Shown one piece after another: positions 1 to 8,251 of a stretch of 64,000 nucleotides of DNA (position 1 is its first letter; every line of letters begins with the position of its first letter). The notes beneath the pieces were generated by a model that saw nothing but the letters and a program-made list of their open reading frames with translations, was not told the origin of the DNA and did no database searches. Location of the stretch: contig CACLEI010000002.1 in NCBI GenBank assembly GCA_902605935.1, forward strand, positions 2,302 to 66,301. Direction: 5' to 3'. The stretch is from an uncultured SAR86 cluster bacterium. Its GTDB lineage: Bacteria > Pseudomonadota > Gammaproteobacteria > Magnimaribacterales > Magnimaribacteraceae. The translations under genes and the position numbers were made by a program.

Positions 1-781
1 TTTCCATTCTAACAGGCAGGGTTTTTAAACTTCTCAATAGCAAAAATGAATCAAATGGATTCATAATTGAACCTACGGCATTTTGTAGATAAAGAATGTC
101 GTTAGCTATTTTTTCTTTATCTGGTGAACAAACTACAACTCCTCCTATTAAGTCCGAATGACCATTCAAATACTTAGTAGCAGAATGAACGACAATGTCA
201 AAACCTAGTTCTATGGGGTTCTGAACGTAAGGAGAGCAGAAAGTATTATCGCAAACTGAGATTAGGTTATGTTTTTTTGCAAAAGTAGAGATGGCAGATA
301 AATCGGCGATTTTAAGAAGAGGATTTGTAGGACTCTCAACCCATATCATTTTCGTCTTATCATTAATTGATGTTTCAAGGTTGTTTAGATCACTTAAATC
401 ACAAAATGTAAAATCGAGTCCAGCAGAGCGTTTTCTTACATTCTCAAAAAGTCTATAAGTTCCTCCATACAAATCATCCATGGCAATCACATGATCACCG
501 GCATCTAGTAGTTCTAATACAGTTGCACTCGCTGCCATACCGGAAGCAAAAGCATATCCGAAAGTACTACCCTCTAGATCAGCTATGCAAGATTCCAGTG
601 CTTTGCGAGTTGGGTTAGTACTTCTTGAATAATCATAGCCCTTGTGAACTCCTGGACTTTCTTGCACATAAGTGGAGCTTGTATAAATAGGAGTCATTAT
701 GGCCCCGGTAGTTGGATCGGGTTCTTGTCCAGCATGAATAGCTCTTGTTTCAAACCCTTGTTTATTCTTTTTTACAGACAT
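1..781 (-). CDS. Cystathionine gamma-lyase/synthase (Cys/Met PLP enzyme), 3' end runs off the window
   Basis: Manual translation from ATG at 781: MSVKKNKQGFETRAIHAGQEPDPTTGAIMTPIYTSSTYVQ...YDYSRSTNPT...FASGMAA...ESPTNP...HSATKYLNGHSD (PLP lysine motif). Lies directly after the CBS gene. Confidence 0.9.
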   Translation of the reverse strand, partial: MSVKKNKQGFETRAIHAGQEPDPTTGAIMTPIYTSSTYVQESPGVHKGYDYSRSTNPTRKALESCIADLEGSTFGYAFASGMAASATVLELLDAGDHVIAMDDLYGGTYRLFENVRKRSAGLDFTFCDLSDLNNLETSINDKTKMIWVESPTNPLLKIADLSAISTFAKKHNLISVCDNTFCSPYVQNPIELGFDIVVHSATKYLNGHSDLIGGVVVCSPDKEKIANDILYLQNAVGSIMNPFDSFLLLRSLKTLPVRME

Positions 782-786
782 AAAAA

Positions 787-2163
787 CTACTTGAATTTAT
801 TACGGTAGTAATTAATTAAATCTACTTTAGTCACAAAACCAATAAAAGTTTCACTATCATAAATTATGGCTACTTTTCCTTCAGTAAGTATTGAAAGTAA
901 TTCATCTTTCGATGCATCAAATTGTAATGTGTCTAAATTATCCATCATGTAATCAGAAACATTATTAGAGAATGAAGATTGATCTTTGCTGACTGCAAAA
1001 AGTAAATCTTCTTCATCAAGAATACCCATTAATTTATTGTTATTCATAACCGGGATTTGAGATACGTACGATGCTCTCATTCTATTATATGCAACAAGAA
1101 GAGAATCGGTTTCGTTAACACTTATCATTTCTCCTTTATCAGCTCTTCTGTTGATTAAATCCCTTAAGTCTCCATAAGTCTTCAAATCAAGGAGATTGTT
1201 ATCCTGTAACCATGCCTTATTGAAAGCTTTTGATAAATATTTGTTACCTGTGTCACATATAAAGGTCACAACATTTTTATGTTCCTTTTGCTTACGACAC
1301 CACTTTGCTGCAGCAGCAACCAAAGTGCCCGTGGAAGATCCGCCAAGAATACCTTCTTCTTTCAAAATAATTTGTAAGACTTCGAAAGCTTCTTTATCTG
1401 AGACTGTTTCAGCATCATCCATAAGAGAGACCTCGAATGTATCTGGAATGAAATCTTCTCCTACACCCTCTACTAGCCAGCTTCCTCCATCGTAATTATA
1501 TTCGCCTTTAAGAACTGCATCAGAAATTATGGAACCTTCAGGATCGGCTGCAACCATGCAGATAGATGGATTTTTAGACTTGAAGAACTCTGCAAGTCCT
1601 GTAAGTGTTCCGCCAGAGCCTACTCCTGCTACTACTGCGTCAATATTCCCTTGCATTTGCTTCCATATTTCAGGTGCTGTGGTTGTCCTGTGAGCAGTTG
1701 GATTAGCAGGATTGCCAAATTGGTTTGCAAGAAATGCTCCTGGTGTTTCTTGGGCTAACTTCCTGGCCATATCTTGATAATATTCAGGATGACCTTCCGG
1801 AACATCAGATCTTGTTAAAATTATCTCAGCACCAAGCCCCTCTAGGTGTAAGATTTTTTCTCTACTCATTTTGTCTGGAATAACCAAAATAATTTTATAA
1901 CCTTTTAACGCAGCTATTAATGCTAACCCAATTCCAGTATTACCTGCTGTTGCTTCTATAATTGTTCCACCGGGTTTAAGTTCGCCCGACTTCTCTGCTT
2001 CCTCAATAATAGAAAGACCGACTCTATCTTTTATGGATCCTCCAGGATTGTTCAATTCTAATTTCACATAAAGGTCACAAGGCCCTGTATCAAGAGACTT
2101 CAATTTCATCATAGGTGTATTACCTATTAGATCTAAAAGGGAGTCATTAACGTCCATATTCAT
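787..2163 (-). CDS. cbs: Cystathionine beta-synthase (PLP domain plus C-terminal CBS pair)
   Basis: NPGGSIKDR, EATAGNTG and GVGSGGT motifs plus a C-terminal CBS domain. Start is uncertain (2157, 2163 or 2172). Confidence 0.88.
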   Translation of the reverse strand: MNMDVNDSLLDLIGNTPMMKLKSLDTGPCDLYVKLELNNPGGSIKDRVGLSIIEEAEKSGELKPGGTIIEATAGNTGIGLALIAALKGYKIILVIPDKMSREKILHLEGLGAEIILTRSDVPEGHPEYYQDMARKLAQETPGAFLANQFGNPANPTAHRTTTAPEIWKQMQGNIDAVVAGVGSGGTLTGLAEFFKSKNPSICMVAADPEGSIISDAVLKGEYNYDGGSWLVEGVGEDFIPDTFEVSLMDDAETVSDKEAFEVLQIILKEEGILGGSSTGTLVAAAAKWCRKQKEHKNVVTFICDTGNKYLSKAFNKAWLQDNNLLDLKTYGDLRDLINRRADKGEMISVNETDSLLVAYNRMRASYVSQIPVMNNNKLMGILDEEDLLFAVSKDQSSFSNNVSDYMMDNLDTLQFDASKDELLSILTEGKVAIIYDSETFIGFVTKVDLINYYRNKFK

Positions 2164-2199
2164 AAGATGCAAATCTTACATTAATTCTTATAAAATGAT

Positions 2200-3066
2200 A
2201 TGTATCAATATAAGGATATGGCTATGGAAGAAATAAATTTAAAACAGAAAGAATTCTGGTCTGGTTCAGGTGGTGATGTTTGGGTAAACAAACAAAGTGA
2301 GATGGATATTATGCTTAATCCATTGGGAACTAAAGCAATAAGTAAACTAGATTTAAGTGGAGTAACAAAAATAATAGATATTGGTTGTGGCTGTGGCGCA
2401 ACTACTCTAGAAATTGCAAAGCAATTAGGTGAAGGAGAGATCATAGGAGTAGATATATCCGAGCCTATGCTGGCTAGGGCTGCTAAAAATGCTTCTGATC
2501 AATCTTTATCAAATGCTGATTTTCAAGTTTTGGATGTGCAAGTTGACGATATGCCATCAAATTTTGATATTGCCTTTTCTAGATTTGGCGTTATGTTTTT
2601 TGAAGATCCATACCAGGCTTTTTCAAACATATACAAATCTTTAAAAGAAAATGGTCAACTCAGTTTTGTATGTTGGCAAAATCCATCTTTAAATCCCTGG
2701 CAGAGTTTATCCTTACAAGTTATAAAAGAGTTCCTCGATCTGCCCTCTCCTCCTCCAAAAAGTCCTGGACCCTTTGCGTTTGAAGATAAAAATTATATTT
2801 CAGATATCCTCAATCAATCTAATTTTAAAGATGCAGAGATAGAAGATAATCAAGAAGACATTGTTATGTTTTCAGGAAAATCTATCGAAGAGGCTTGTGA
2901 AGACTACTTAACTATTAATCCTGTAGTGACTGAAATGCTTAAAAATTCAAAAGAAGAACTGAAAGATGAAATTCTTAAAGCATTAATTCTTAAGTTTTCA
3001 GAGTTTCACAATGGCGATGGGCTGTTGTTTCCAAGTGCAACCTGGATAGTTACAGCAAGAAAGTAG
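2200..3066 (+). CDS. Class I SAM-dependent methyltransferase
   Basis: IDIGCGCG motif I, GVDIS, FSRFGVMFF. Confidence 0.88.
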   Translation: MYQYKDMAMEEINLKQKEFWSGSGGDVWVNKQSEMDIMLNPLGTKAISKLDLSGVTKIIDIGCGCGATTLEIAKQLGEGEIIGVDISEPMLARAAKNASDQSLSNADFQVLDVQVDDMPSNFDIAFSRFGVMFFEDPYQAFSNIYKSLKENGQLSFVCWQNPSLNPWQSLSLQVIKEFLDLPSPPPKSPGPFAFEDKNYISDILNQSNFKDAEIEDNQEDIVMFSGKSIEEACEDYLTINPVVTEMLKNSKEELKDEILKALILKFSEFHNGDGLLFPSATWIVTARK

Positions 3067-3146
3067 CAATTGTTCGTTTTTTATACAAAAGAATTTGCGT
3101 TTGCACTAAATTTGCTCGAATAGCGTTGATAAGGGAACAAAAGCTT

Positions 3147-3162
3147 TGGCATAGAGATTGCA
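3147..3162 (+). promoter_or_regulatory. Sigma54 (-24/-12) promoter
   Basis: TGGCATAGAGATTGCA matches TGGCAC-N5-TTGCW, with exact GG-N10-GC spacing (GG 3148-49, GC 3160-61). Confidence 0.7.
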
Positions 3163-3173
3163 TTATTTGAGGT

Positions 3174-3293
3174 ATGGAAATTAAAAAAAATCTAAAACTT
3201 AAAACCGTCGGTAAAATTGGAAAAGATATTAGCTATTTCATTCCTTTGGTAATGGGAGTCTATTTCATAGCAAGCTTTGTAAGCTCGACCTAA
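3174..3293 (+). CDS. Putative 39-aa membrane microprotein
   Basis: MEIKKNLKLKTVGKIGKDISYFIPLVMGVYFIASFVSST*: basic N-terminus and hydrophobic C-terminal helix, starting at the predicted sigma54 TSS. Confidence 0.55.
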   Translation: MEIKKNLKLKTVGKIGKDISYFIPLVMGVYFIASFVSST

Positions 3294-3297
3294 TCTT

Positions 3298-3432
3298 ATG
3301 TCTGCAGAAATAACACCTAACAATACCAAAAAGAAATGGGGTATCGAAATGAGTGATTCCCAAAGAACCACACTCGTTATAAGAATATTACTCGCTTATG
3401 TGATATTCGATACTATTGCTGATCTTCTGTAA
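3298..3432 (+). CDS. Putative 44-aa membrane microprotein
   Basis: MSAEITPNNTKKKWGIEMSDSQRTTLVIRILLAYVIFDTIADLL*. Starts 4 nt after the previous stop and ends 2 nt before the convergent gene. Confidence 0.55.
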   Translation: MSAEITPNNTKKKWGIEMSDSQRTTLVIRILLAYVIFDTIADLL

Positions 3433-3434
3433 TT

Positions 3435-3815
3435 CTAACCAAACTTACAGATAGTAAGTTTATTGCCGTCTAAATCCCTGACGTATCCACCATAAAAAAT
3501 GGGCGCCCTTTGTCCCGGGGCTCCTTCGTCTGAAGCTCCAAGAGATATAGCTTTTTCATAAAGAGCATTGACATCTTCCTCAGTTTCCATCGTAAAACCT
3601 ACCATGCTTCCATTTCCAACAGTTGCCTCTTCACCATCGTAAGGGACAAAAACTGCAAAATTTGTGTCATCTCCTGGGATAGTCCAAAAAAAACTTCTTT
3701 CATTAGGACCAAAGCTGGTTGCTCCCATATCTTCAAACAAGGCATCGTAAAAACTTTTTGCTCTTTCTAAATCATTCGTTCCAACTGTCACATATTTTGC
3801 TATTTTTCCTTTCAT
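3435..3815 (-). CDS. VOC/glyoxalase family protein
   Basis: YVTVGTNDLERAKSFYDAL ... GNG ... YGGYVRDLDGNKL. Confidence 0.88.
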   Translation of the reverse strand: MKGKIAKYVTVGTNDLERAKSFYDALFEDMGATSFGPNERSFFWTIPGDDTNFAVFVPYDGEEATVGNGSMVGFTMETEEDVNALYEKAISLGASDEGAPGQRAPIFYGGYVRDLDGNKLTICKFG

Positions 3816-5092
3816 ACCTTCTCCTTTATTTTTATCTTATTGTATTCATCCCTAGTTAAGAATTCTAAAACTGTAGCATTAATGCAGTATCTCGGTAAAC
3901 CATTTGGCCCATCTGGAAATACATGACCTAAATGTATATCCGAAGTAACAGATCTAATTTCAATCCTTCTCATTCCATAGCTATTATCTGCGAGTCTGTA
4001 TACAGAACCTTCAACAGGTCTCGTAAAAGATAACCAGCCTGTTCTGGAATTAAATCTATATTTTGTATCAAATAAAGGGGCTCCACTGAGTTTATCTATG
4101 AAAACCCCATCAGGTGTATTTTTAAAAATTTCGTATTCCTTGCAATATCTTGCATCTGTACCGTCATTAAATGCCACTCGGTATGCCTCAGTATTTCCTA
4201 GCTTAAATAAACCCAAGGCTTGATAAAATTCTTTTGGGGAAAGATATCCCTGATGTCCGAAAACTTCAGAACCTCTTTCCAAAAAAAGGATAGTAGGAGT
4301 AGCCCAAGTTGGAGTTTTTATCACTAAACCTTCCAAGTTGGATGCATCTCTGTAAACCAAGGGTATGCTTCCTGCATATTCATCAGAAACATCTTCACGA
4401 AATTTATGGCAATATGGACAGAAACCTTCAGGTTCAATTACTACAATACTCTTTCCAATCTTTAAAAGATTATTGTCTTTTTTCGGCTCATAATCATTCC
4501 TAGCAAACTTAATGCCGGTTGAATGATCTGGACAATAACCATTCGGATTCTTCTTTATGTAGTCTTGATGATAGTTTTCTGCAACAAAGAACTTTGATAG
4601 AGGCTTTACTATTGTTTGAATATCACCGTATCCTCCATCTGTTAATAATGTTTGATATTCCTCAATTAATTCCAAGATTTTGCTCTGCTGCGCCTCATCT
4701 GAATACAAAACTATTGATCTATATTGTGTTCCTATGTCATTACCTTGCCTATTCAGCTGAGTGGGATCATGAGATTCCAAATAATGAATTATTAATTCTT
4801 CCAGCGTGATCAAATTTTTGTTGTAGGTAACCTCTACAACCTCAGCATGATTATTTGGGTTAAATTTGTTTGAGAACTTTGTAATATCTCTATAAGTTGG
4901 TCTAACCCCATCTCCATCAGCGTAACCAGATACAGCATCTATGACTCCATCTAACGCCTCATAACCTTTCTCCGCCCCCCAAAAGCAACCAGAACCTAGT
5001 ACGATTTTCTCTATATGGCTTGTAGATTCATTCTCAGAAGAAAATAATAGAACACTTAAAAAGACACTATAAACAGTAAGAAACTTTTTCAT
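3812..5092 (-). CDS. msrAB: Exported MsrA-thioredoxin-like-MsrB fusion (peptide methionine sulfoxide reductase)
   Basis: Signal peptide; GSGCFWG and AENYHQDY (MsrA); CPYC with a TP motif (Trx fold); SRTGWLSF, HLGHVF and RYCIN (MsrB). Confidence 0.9.
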   Translation of the reverse strand: MKKFLTVYSVFLSVLLFSSENESTSHIEKIVLGSGCFWGAEKGYEALDGVIDAVSGYADGDGVRPTYRDITKFSNKFNPNNHAEVVEVTYNKNLITLEELIIHYLESHDPTQLNRQGNDIGTQYRSIVLYSDEAQQSKILELIEEYQTLLTDGGYGDIQTIVKPLSKFFVAENYHQDYIKKNPNGYCPDHSTGIKFARNDYEPKKDNNLLKIGKSIVVIEPEGFCPYCHKFREDVSDEYAGSIPLVYRDASNLEGLVIKTPTWATPTILFLERGSEVFGHQGYLSPKEFYQALGLFKLGNTEAYRVAFNDGTDARYCKEYEIFKNTPDGVFIDKLSGAPLFDTKYRFNSRTGWLSFTRPVEGSVYRLADNSYGMRRIEIRSVTSDIHLGHVFPDGPNGLPRYCINATVLEFLTRDEYNKIKIKEKV

Positions 5093-5098
5093 CTTAAA

Positions 5099-5509
5099 TT
5101 AAAGGCCCCAATTATTATTCGCCAACCAACTTATCGAAATTACAAAGCCCCAGATGGATTGAGTAATCAAAACTATTAGACTACCGATTGTACCCAGTGC
5201 TCTAAATATGCTGCTTGCCCCTTCTCTGGTGATACCATAAGCGTGAAATATTCTAGAGATTAAAAAAACATCTCCAAGGATCGCGATAGCCAGAGTTGGA
5301 ATGTTTCCAACTGTCTCCAGAAGGAATGAAAGAATTAGAAAAAGAAGTGCATTTTCTAACAAATTAGCGTGAGCTCTTGATATTTGTAACAATTCAAAGC
5401 TGTCACCTAAGCCAAGGTTTGTTCCGGTTTTAAACCTTTGACGACCAGTTAAATAAGCCAATATCAAAGCAAGTATTGTGAGTGCGCAGGCATAAAAAAG
5501 TGTGACCAT
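5099..5509 (-). CDS. MAPEG family membrane protein
   Basis: RAHANLLEN, SRIFHAYG, four hydrophobic helices. Confidence 0.85.
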   Translation of the reverse strand: MVTLFYACALTILALILAYLTGRQRFKTGTNLGLGDSFELLQISRAHANLLENALLFLILSFLLETVGNIPTLAIAILGDVFLISRIFHAYGITREGASSIFRALGTIGSLIVLITQSIWGFVISISWLANNNWGL

Positions 5510-5575
5510 TTTAATTTCTATAATTCAATTTGATAAAAGTGTATTGTAATAAAGTTATTTAATTAGGGGTATAAA

Positions 5576-5743
5576 ATGAAATCTTTCTTTTTAATTTTCG
5601 TAGTATTTTCTTTATCAAGTTGTGCAGTAGCTAGTTTAACCACAACAGCTGTATCAACAGCTGTCAAAGTGGCTGAAGTTCCCTTTAAAGTAGTTGGAAG
5701 TGTATTATCAGATGAAGAGGAAGAAACTGAAGAAGAGCAATAG
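5576..5743 (+). CDS. Small lipoprotein (55 aa)
   Basis: MKSFFLIFVVFSLSSC AVASLTTTAVSTAVKVAEVPFKVVGSVLSDEEEETEEEQ*: lipobox LSSC, AGGGG RBS, acidic tail. Below the ORF-track cutoff. Confidence 0.75.
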   Translation: MKSFFLIFVVFSLSSCAVASLTTTAVSTAVKVAEVPFKVVGSVLSDEEEETEEEQ

Positions 5744-5746
5744 GCT

Positions 5747-5824
5747 TGGTAGACACGAGTGGACTCGAACCACCGACCCCCACCATGTCAAGGTGGTGCT
5801 CTAACCAGACTGAGCTACGTGTCT
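5747..5824 (-). tRNA. tRNA-Val(GAC)
   Basis: Cloverleaf AGACACG...CCACC-TT-GAC-AT-GGTGG...TTCGAGT...CGTGTCT-A-CCA. Confidence 0.97.
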
Positions 5825-5975
5825 ATCGCTGAAATGAAGCATTATATAGGGAAATTTATTAGTGTGATGACAAATTTTAAGGGGCGTCTACGGGGCAAAA
5901 CACCTCCACTTTTCTTACCCTCCTAAACCCCTTACTAGTCCTTGATGGTATAGTTAGGCTGTGATTTCTGCAGAT

Positions 5976-6362
5976 ATGAAAAAACTAATACTAATTACCG
6001 GAGTTTTACTTTCTGCCTATGCTTGGACTGATGTAAGAACAGATGATGAAACTATCCAACTGGAATGTGAAGAAACTTATTGGTTTCAAATTGATTTAGT
6101 CAGAAATGAGCATCTCGCATGGAAATATGATGAACCCAAAACTCCGCTTATTTTGAAGAGTATCGAAATAAAGCCGATCGAAATCAAATTTACTGTGAAT
6201 AATGAAGATGCGCTTATCAATAGAAATACGGGTCAGGTAACTTTAAAAAAATGTCCTGCATGCACTTCGCAAACTTATCAATGTAAAAGGATCACTATTG
6301 AAGAATCTGCGGAGTCTAGAGAAATAAGACTTCAGGGTATTGAGAGTTCAAGATTATTTTAG
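5976..6362 (+). CDS. Hypothetical secreted protein, Cys-containing
   Basis: MKKLILITGVLLSAYAW signal peptide; INRNTG...CPAC...QTYQCK. Alternative GTG start at 5961. Confidence 0.7.
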   Translation: MKKLILITGVLLSAYAWTDVRTDDETIQLECEETYWFQIDLVRNEHLAWKYDEPKTPLILKSIEIKPIEIKFTVNNEDALINRNTGQVTLKKCPACTSQTYQCKRITIEESAESREIRLQGIESSRLF

Positions 6363-6425
6363 ATGAAAAAACTTAGTGAAGTTTTATTGACTCTGATAAT
6401 CCTTATAAGATTTGAGGATAAATAA
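6363..6425 (+). CDS. Possible 20-aa ORF or truncated signal-peptide remnant
   Basis: MKKLSEVLLTLIILIRFEDK*. Abuts the previous stop and shares the ATGAAAAAACT start with 5976. Confidence 0.3.
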   Translation: MKKLSEVLLTLIILIRFEDK

Positions 6426-6436
6426 AGATAGGCCTT

Positions 6437-6676
6437 ATGAATATAATTAAAGGATTTAGTTTAGTTGTTCATTGGGGGAGTTTCCTTACGGGAATTATAT
6501 CTGCGCTCACTGCGCTTTATATTAGTGTCCTTCCAAATTTATATAATATTCAAAGGTTTGGTTTAATTGTGTTTGCTTTATTCGCTTTCTTTTCTTGTTC
6601 TGGATTAGGTTGGCTAGCAAGGTACACCTTAGTGGGGAAAGTACACTTTCTACCCTGGAAGAAAATAAATGATTAA
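6437..6676 (+). CDS. Hypothetical 2-TM membrane protein
   Basis: 79 aa, two hydrophobic helices, C-terminal FLPWKK. Confidence 0.65.
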   Translation: MNIIKGFSLVVHWGSFLTGIISALTALYISVLPNLYNIQRFGLIVFALFAFFSCSGLGWLARYTLVGKVHFLPWKKIND

Positions 6677-6721
6677 GAAATAGTAATTAATATTATTGTT
6701 AATATCTAAAATAATCCTCAA

Positions 6722-6910
6722 ATGTTGATAATCTTATTAGTTATCATAGCTGCTTGGGAAGTATATTGGACTTACCATGCTTGTTGGATTGCATCCAAAC
6801 TTAATGACAAAAAGTCTTTTTTATTTTTCCTAATTTTTAACCTGTTAGGTATTCCAGAAATCATCTACATTTATAGGAAGAAAAAAGAATATACTAATTT
6901 CAATGAATAA
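6722..6910 (+). CDS. Small membrane protein, DUF5652-like
   Basis: W..YW...A.W.ASK...K..F...LIFN.LGI.EIIY.Y pattern recognised as DUF5652-like. Confidence 0.7.
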   Translation: MLIILLVIIAAWEVYWTYHACWIASKLNDKKSFLFFLIFNLLGIPEIIYIYRKKKEYTNFNE

Positions 6911-6974
6911 CTGGGTGAATTGGGTAATAGGTATTTGTTTTATAATTGTGGCTGTAATTGAACTCTTCTTTTAA
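6903..6974 (+). CDS. Possible 23-aa single-TM microprotein
   Basis: MNNWVNWVIGICFIIVAVIELFF*. Overlaps the previous stop and fills the gap to the next ORF. Confidence 0.45.
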   Translation: MNNWVNWVIGICFIIVAVIELFF

Positions 6975-6980
6975 AGAAAT

Positions 6981-7187
6981 ATGATTGAACTAATTCTACT
7001 AGTTATATTAATTTTTATCGGAATATTATGGTTTAGAAATTTATCCGATAACTCTAATAAAGAAGAAAATCCTGATATTGCAAAAGTAAGGAAACAAATG
7101 GCAAACAAATGGAGTGTCTATATGTCTATACTAGTAGTGAGTGGCTTTTTTGTATGGTTACTTATAACTAATGGAAACTTTAATTAA
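6981..7187 (+). CDS. Hypothetical 2-TM membrane protein
   Basis: 68 aa with N- and C-terminal hydrophobic helices. Confidence 0.6.
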   Translation: MIELILLVILIFIGILWFRNLSDNSNKEENPDIAKVRKQMANKWSVYMSILVVSGFFVWLLITNGNFN

Positions 7188-7200
7188 TGATCTTAAGTCT

Positions 7201-7332
7201 ATGCCAAAAAAACTTCATAAAATTGGTGATACAAAAAAAGATAGAAAAGGAAGGATAATTTTCTTTAAAGGTTACTCAACTGAGCGCTCAAAGAAAGGTT
7301 TTCCAATAGAGCTTTGGGAGCCTTTTGAATAG
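7201..7332 (+). CDS. Possible 43-aa basic protein
   Basis: MPKKLHKIGDTKKDRKGRIIFFKGYSTERSKKGFPIELWEPFE*. Its stop overlaps the next GTG. Confidence 0.5.
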   Translation: MPKKLHKIGDTKKDRKGRIIFFKGYSTERSKKGFPIELWEPFE

Positions 7333-7556
7333 TGATAAAAAAATTGCTTAAATTATTTTGGAGAGCGGGCGTTGATGAGATCAAGCCACCTATGCGTCAA
7401 CTAATGACAGAGGACGAATTTAGTAAAAATTCTCTCATAAGTGATGAAGGGGATTATGATGATATGTCTCAGCTGATAGATGATTTTGGTAAAAACCTCG
7501 AAGAAGAAGAAGTTGATTCCGTATTCGATAACCTAAAGGAAAATAAACGAAATTAG
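7332..7556 (+). CDS. Hypothetical acidic protein
   Basis: 74-aa ORF with GGAG upstream and a GTG start coupled to the previous stop. Confidence 0.55.
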   Translation: MIKKLLKLFWRAGVDEIKPPMRQLMTEDEFSKNSLISDEGDYDDMSQLIDDFGKNLEEEEVDSVFDNLKENKRN

Positions 7557-7565
7557 GACATACCT

Positions 7566-7787
7566 ATGAAAAATTTTTTGGTTTTAATATGCTTTCTATC
7601 CTCGCTTAGTCTTTATTCTTTTTCTTTTCAAGATCAAATCTTGAATGCTATAAATACTGATGATTCTAGATTGAATAAAGTCGAAGAGATTCAAAAGAAA
7701 AAGTGCGATAGAACATTCCCGAATTATGGAAATAAGCTTAGAAAGAAGTGGGTAAGTTGTAAAAGTATAAATGAGAATAATCACTAA
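7566..7787 (+). CDS. Hypothetical secreted small protein
   Basis: AGGA RBS, signal peptide, one Cys pair. Confidence 0.6.
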   Translation: MKNFLVLICFLSSLSLYSFSFQDQILNAINTDDSRLNKVEEIQKKKCDRTFPNYGNKLRKKWVSCKSINENNH

Positions 7788-7836
7788 ACACTCAATTCTT
7801 AGTGCTATTATTAGTTAAATTATTTTAGGAGTTGAT

Positions 7837-8241
7837 ATGAGATATATTTTAGGTACCTTTTTATTAATGAGTTCAATTAATGTTTTTGCAATGCATCATG
7901 CGTCGAATGAAATGCTAATGCCCGTAGCGAAACCTGGTCAAGTAGTCGTTACTTATAAAGGTGAATGTCCCTCAGGAAAAGTTGATGAATCGATTGAGAT
8001 GGTAAAAAAAATAATCGCCTACGAAAGAGCAAATAGTCCTGTCTCCTACTCTTCATCACCAGGAGTTTGGTCCGATGGAACTATAGGAGCAGTTGACCTA
8101 CATGACTCGATTGAGGCCATGGAAAAAGCTTTTGATTGGCAAGCAAATGATAAGACATGGTCTGATCTTTATAACCAAGTAGCGCAGAAATGTGGAACTA
8201 CAGTTGAAGAATTTGCAGTTGTGAACTTGATTGCTAGATAG
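7837..8241 (+). CDS. Hypothetical exported protein
   Basis: AGGAG RBS, signal peptide ending VFA, one Cys pair. Confidence 0.75.
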   Translation: MRYILGTFLLMSSINVFAMHHASNEMLMPVAKPGQVVVTYKGECPSGKVDESIEMVKKIIAYERANSPVSYSSSPGVWSDGTIGAVDLHDSIEAMEKAFDWQANDKTWSDLYNQVAQKCGTTVEEFAVVNLIAR

Positions 8242-8251
8242 ATAAGAAGGA

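Noticed and set aside
3102-3118. TGCACTAAATTTGCTCG as an NtrC site upstream of the sigma54 promoter
   Set aside because: Only the left half matches TGCACC-N5-GGTGCA, and it is closer to the promoter than a typical enhancer. Too weak to call.
5825-7830. Small-ORF array as a prophage or integron
   Set aside because: No integrase, phage structural gene, att duplication or attC-like repeat is visible. Reported only as a variable array.
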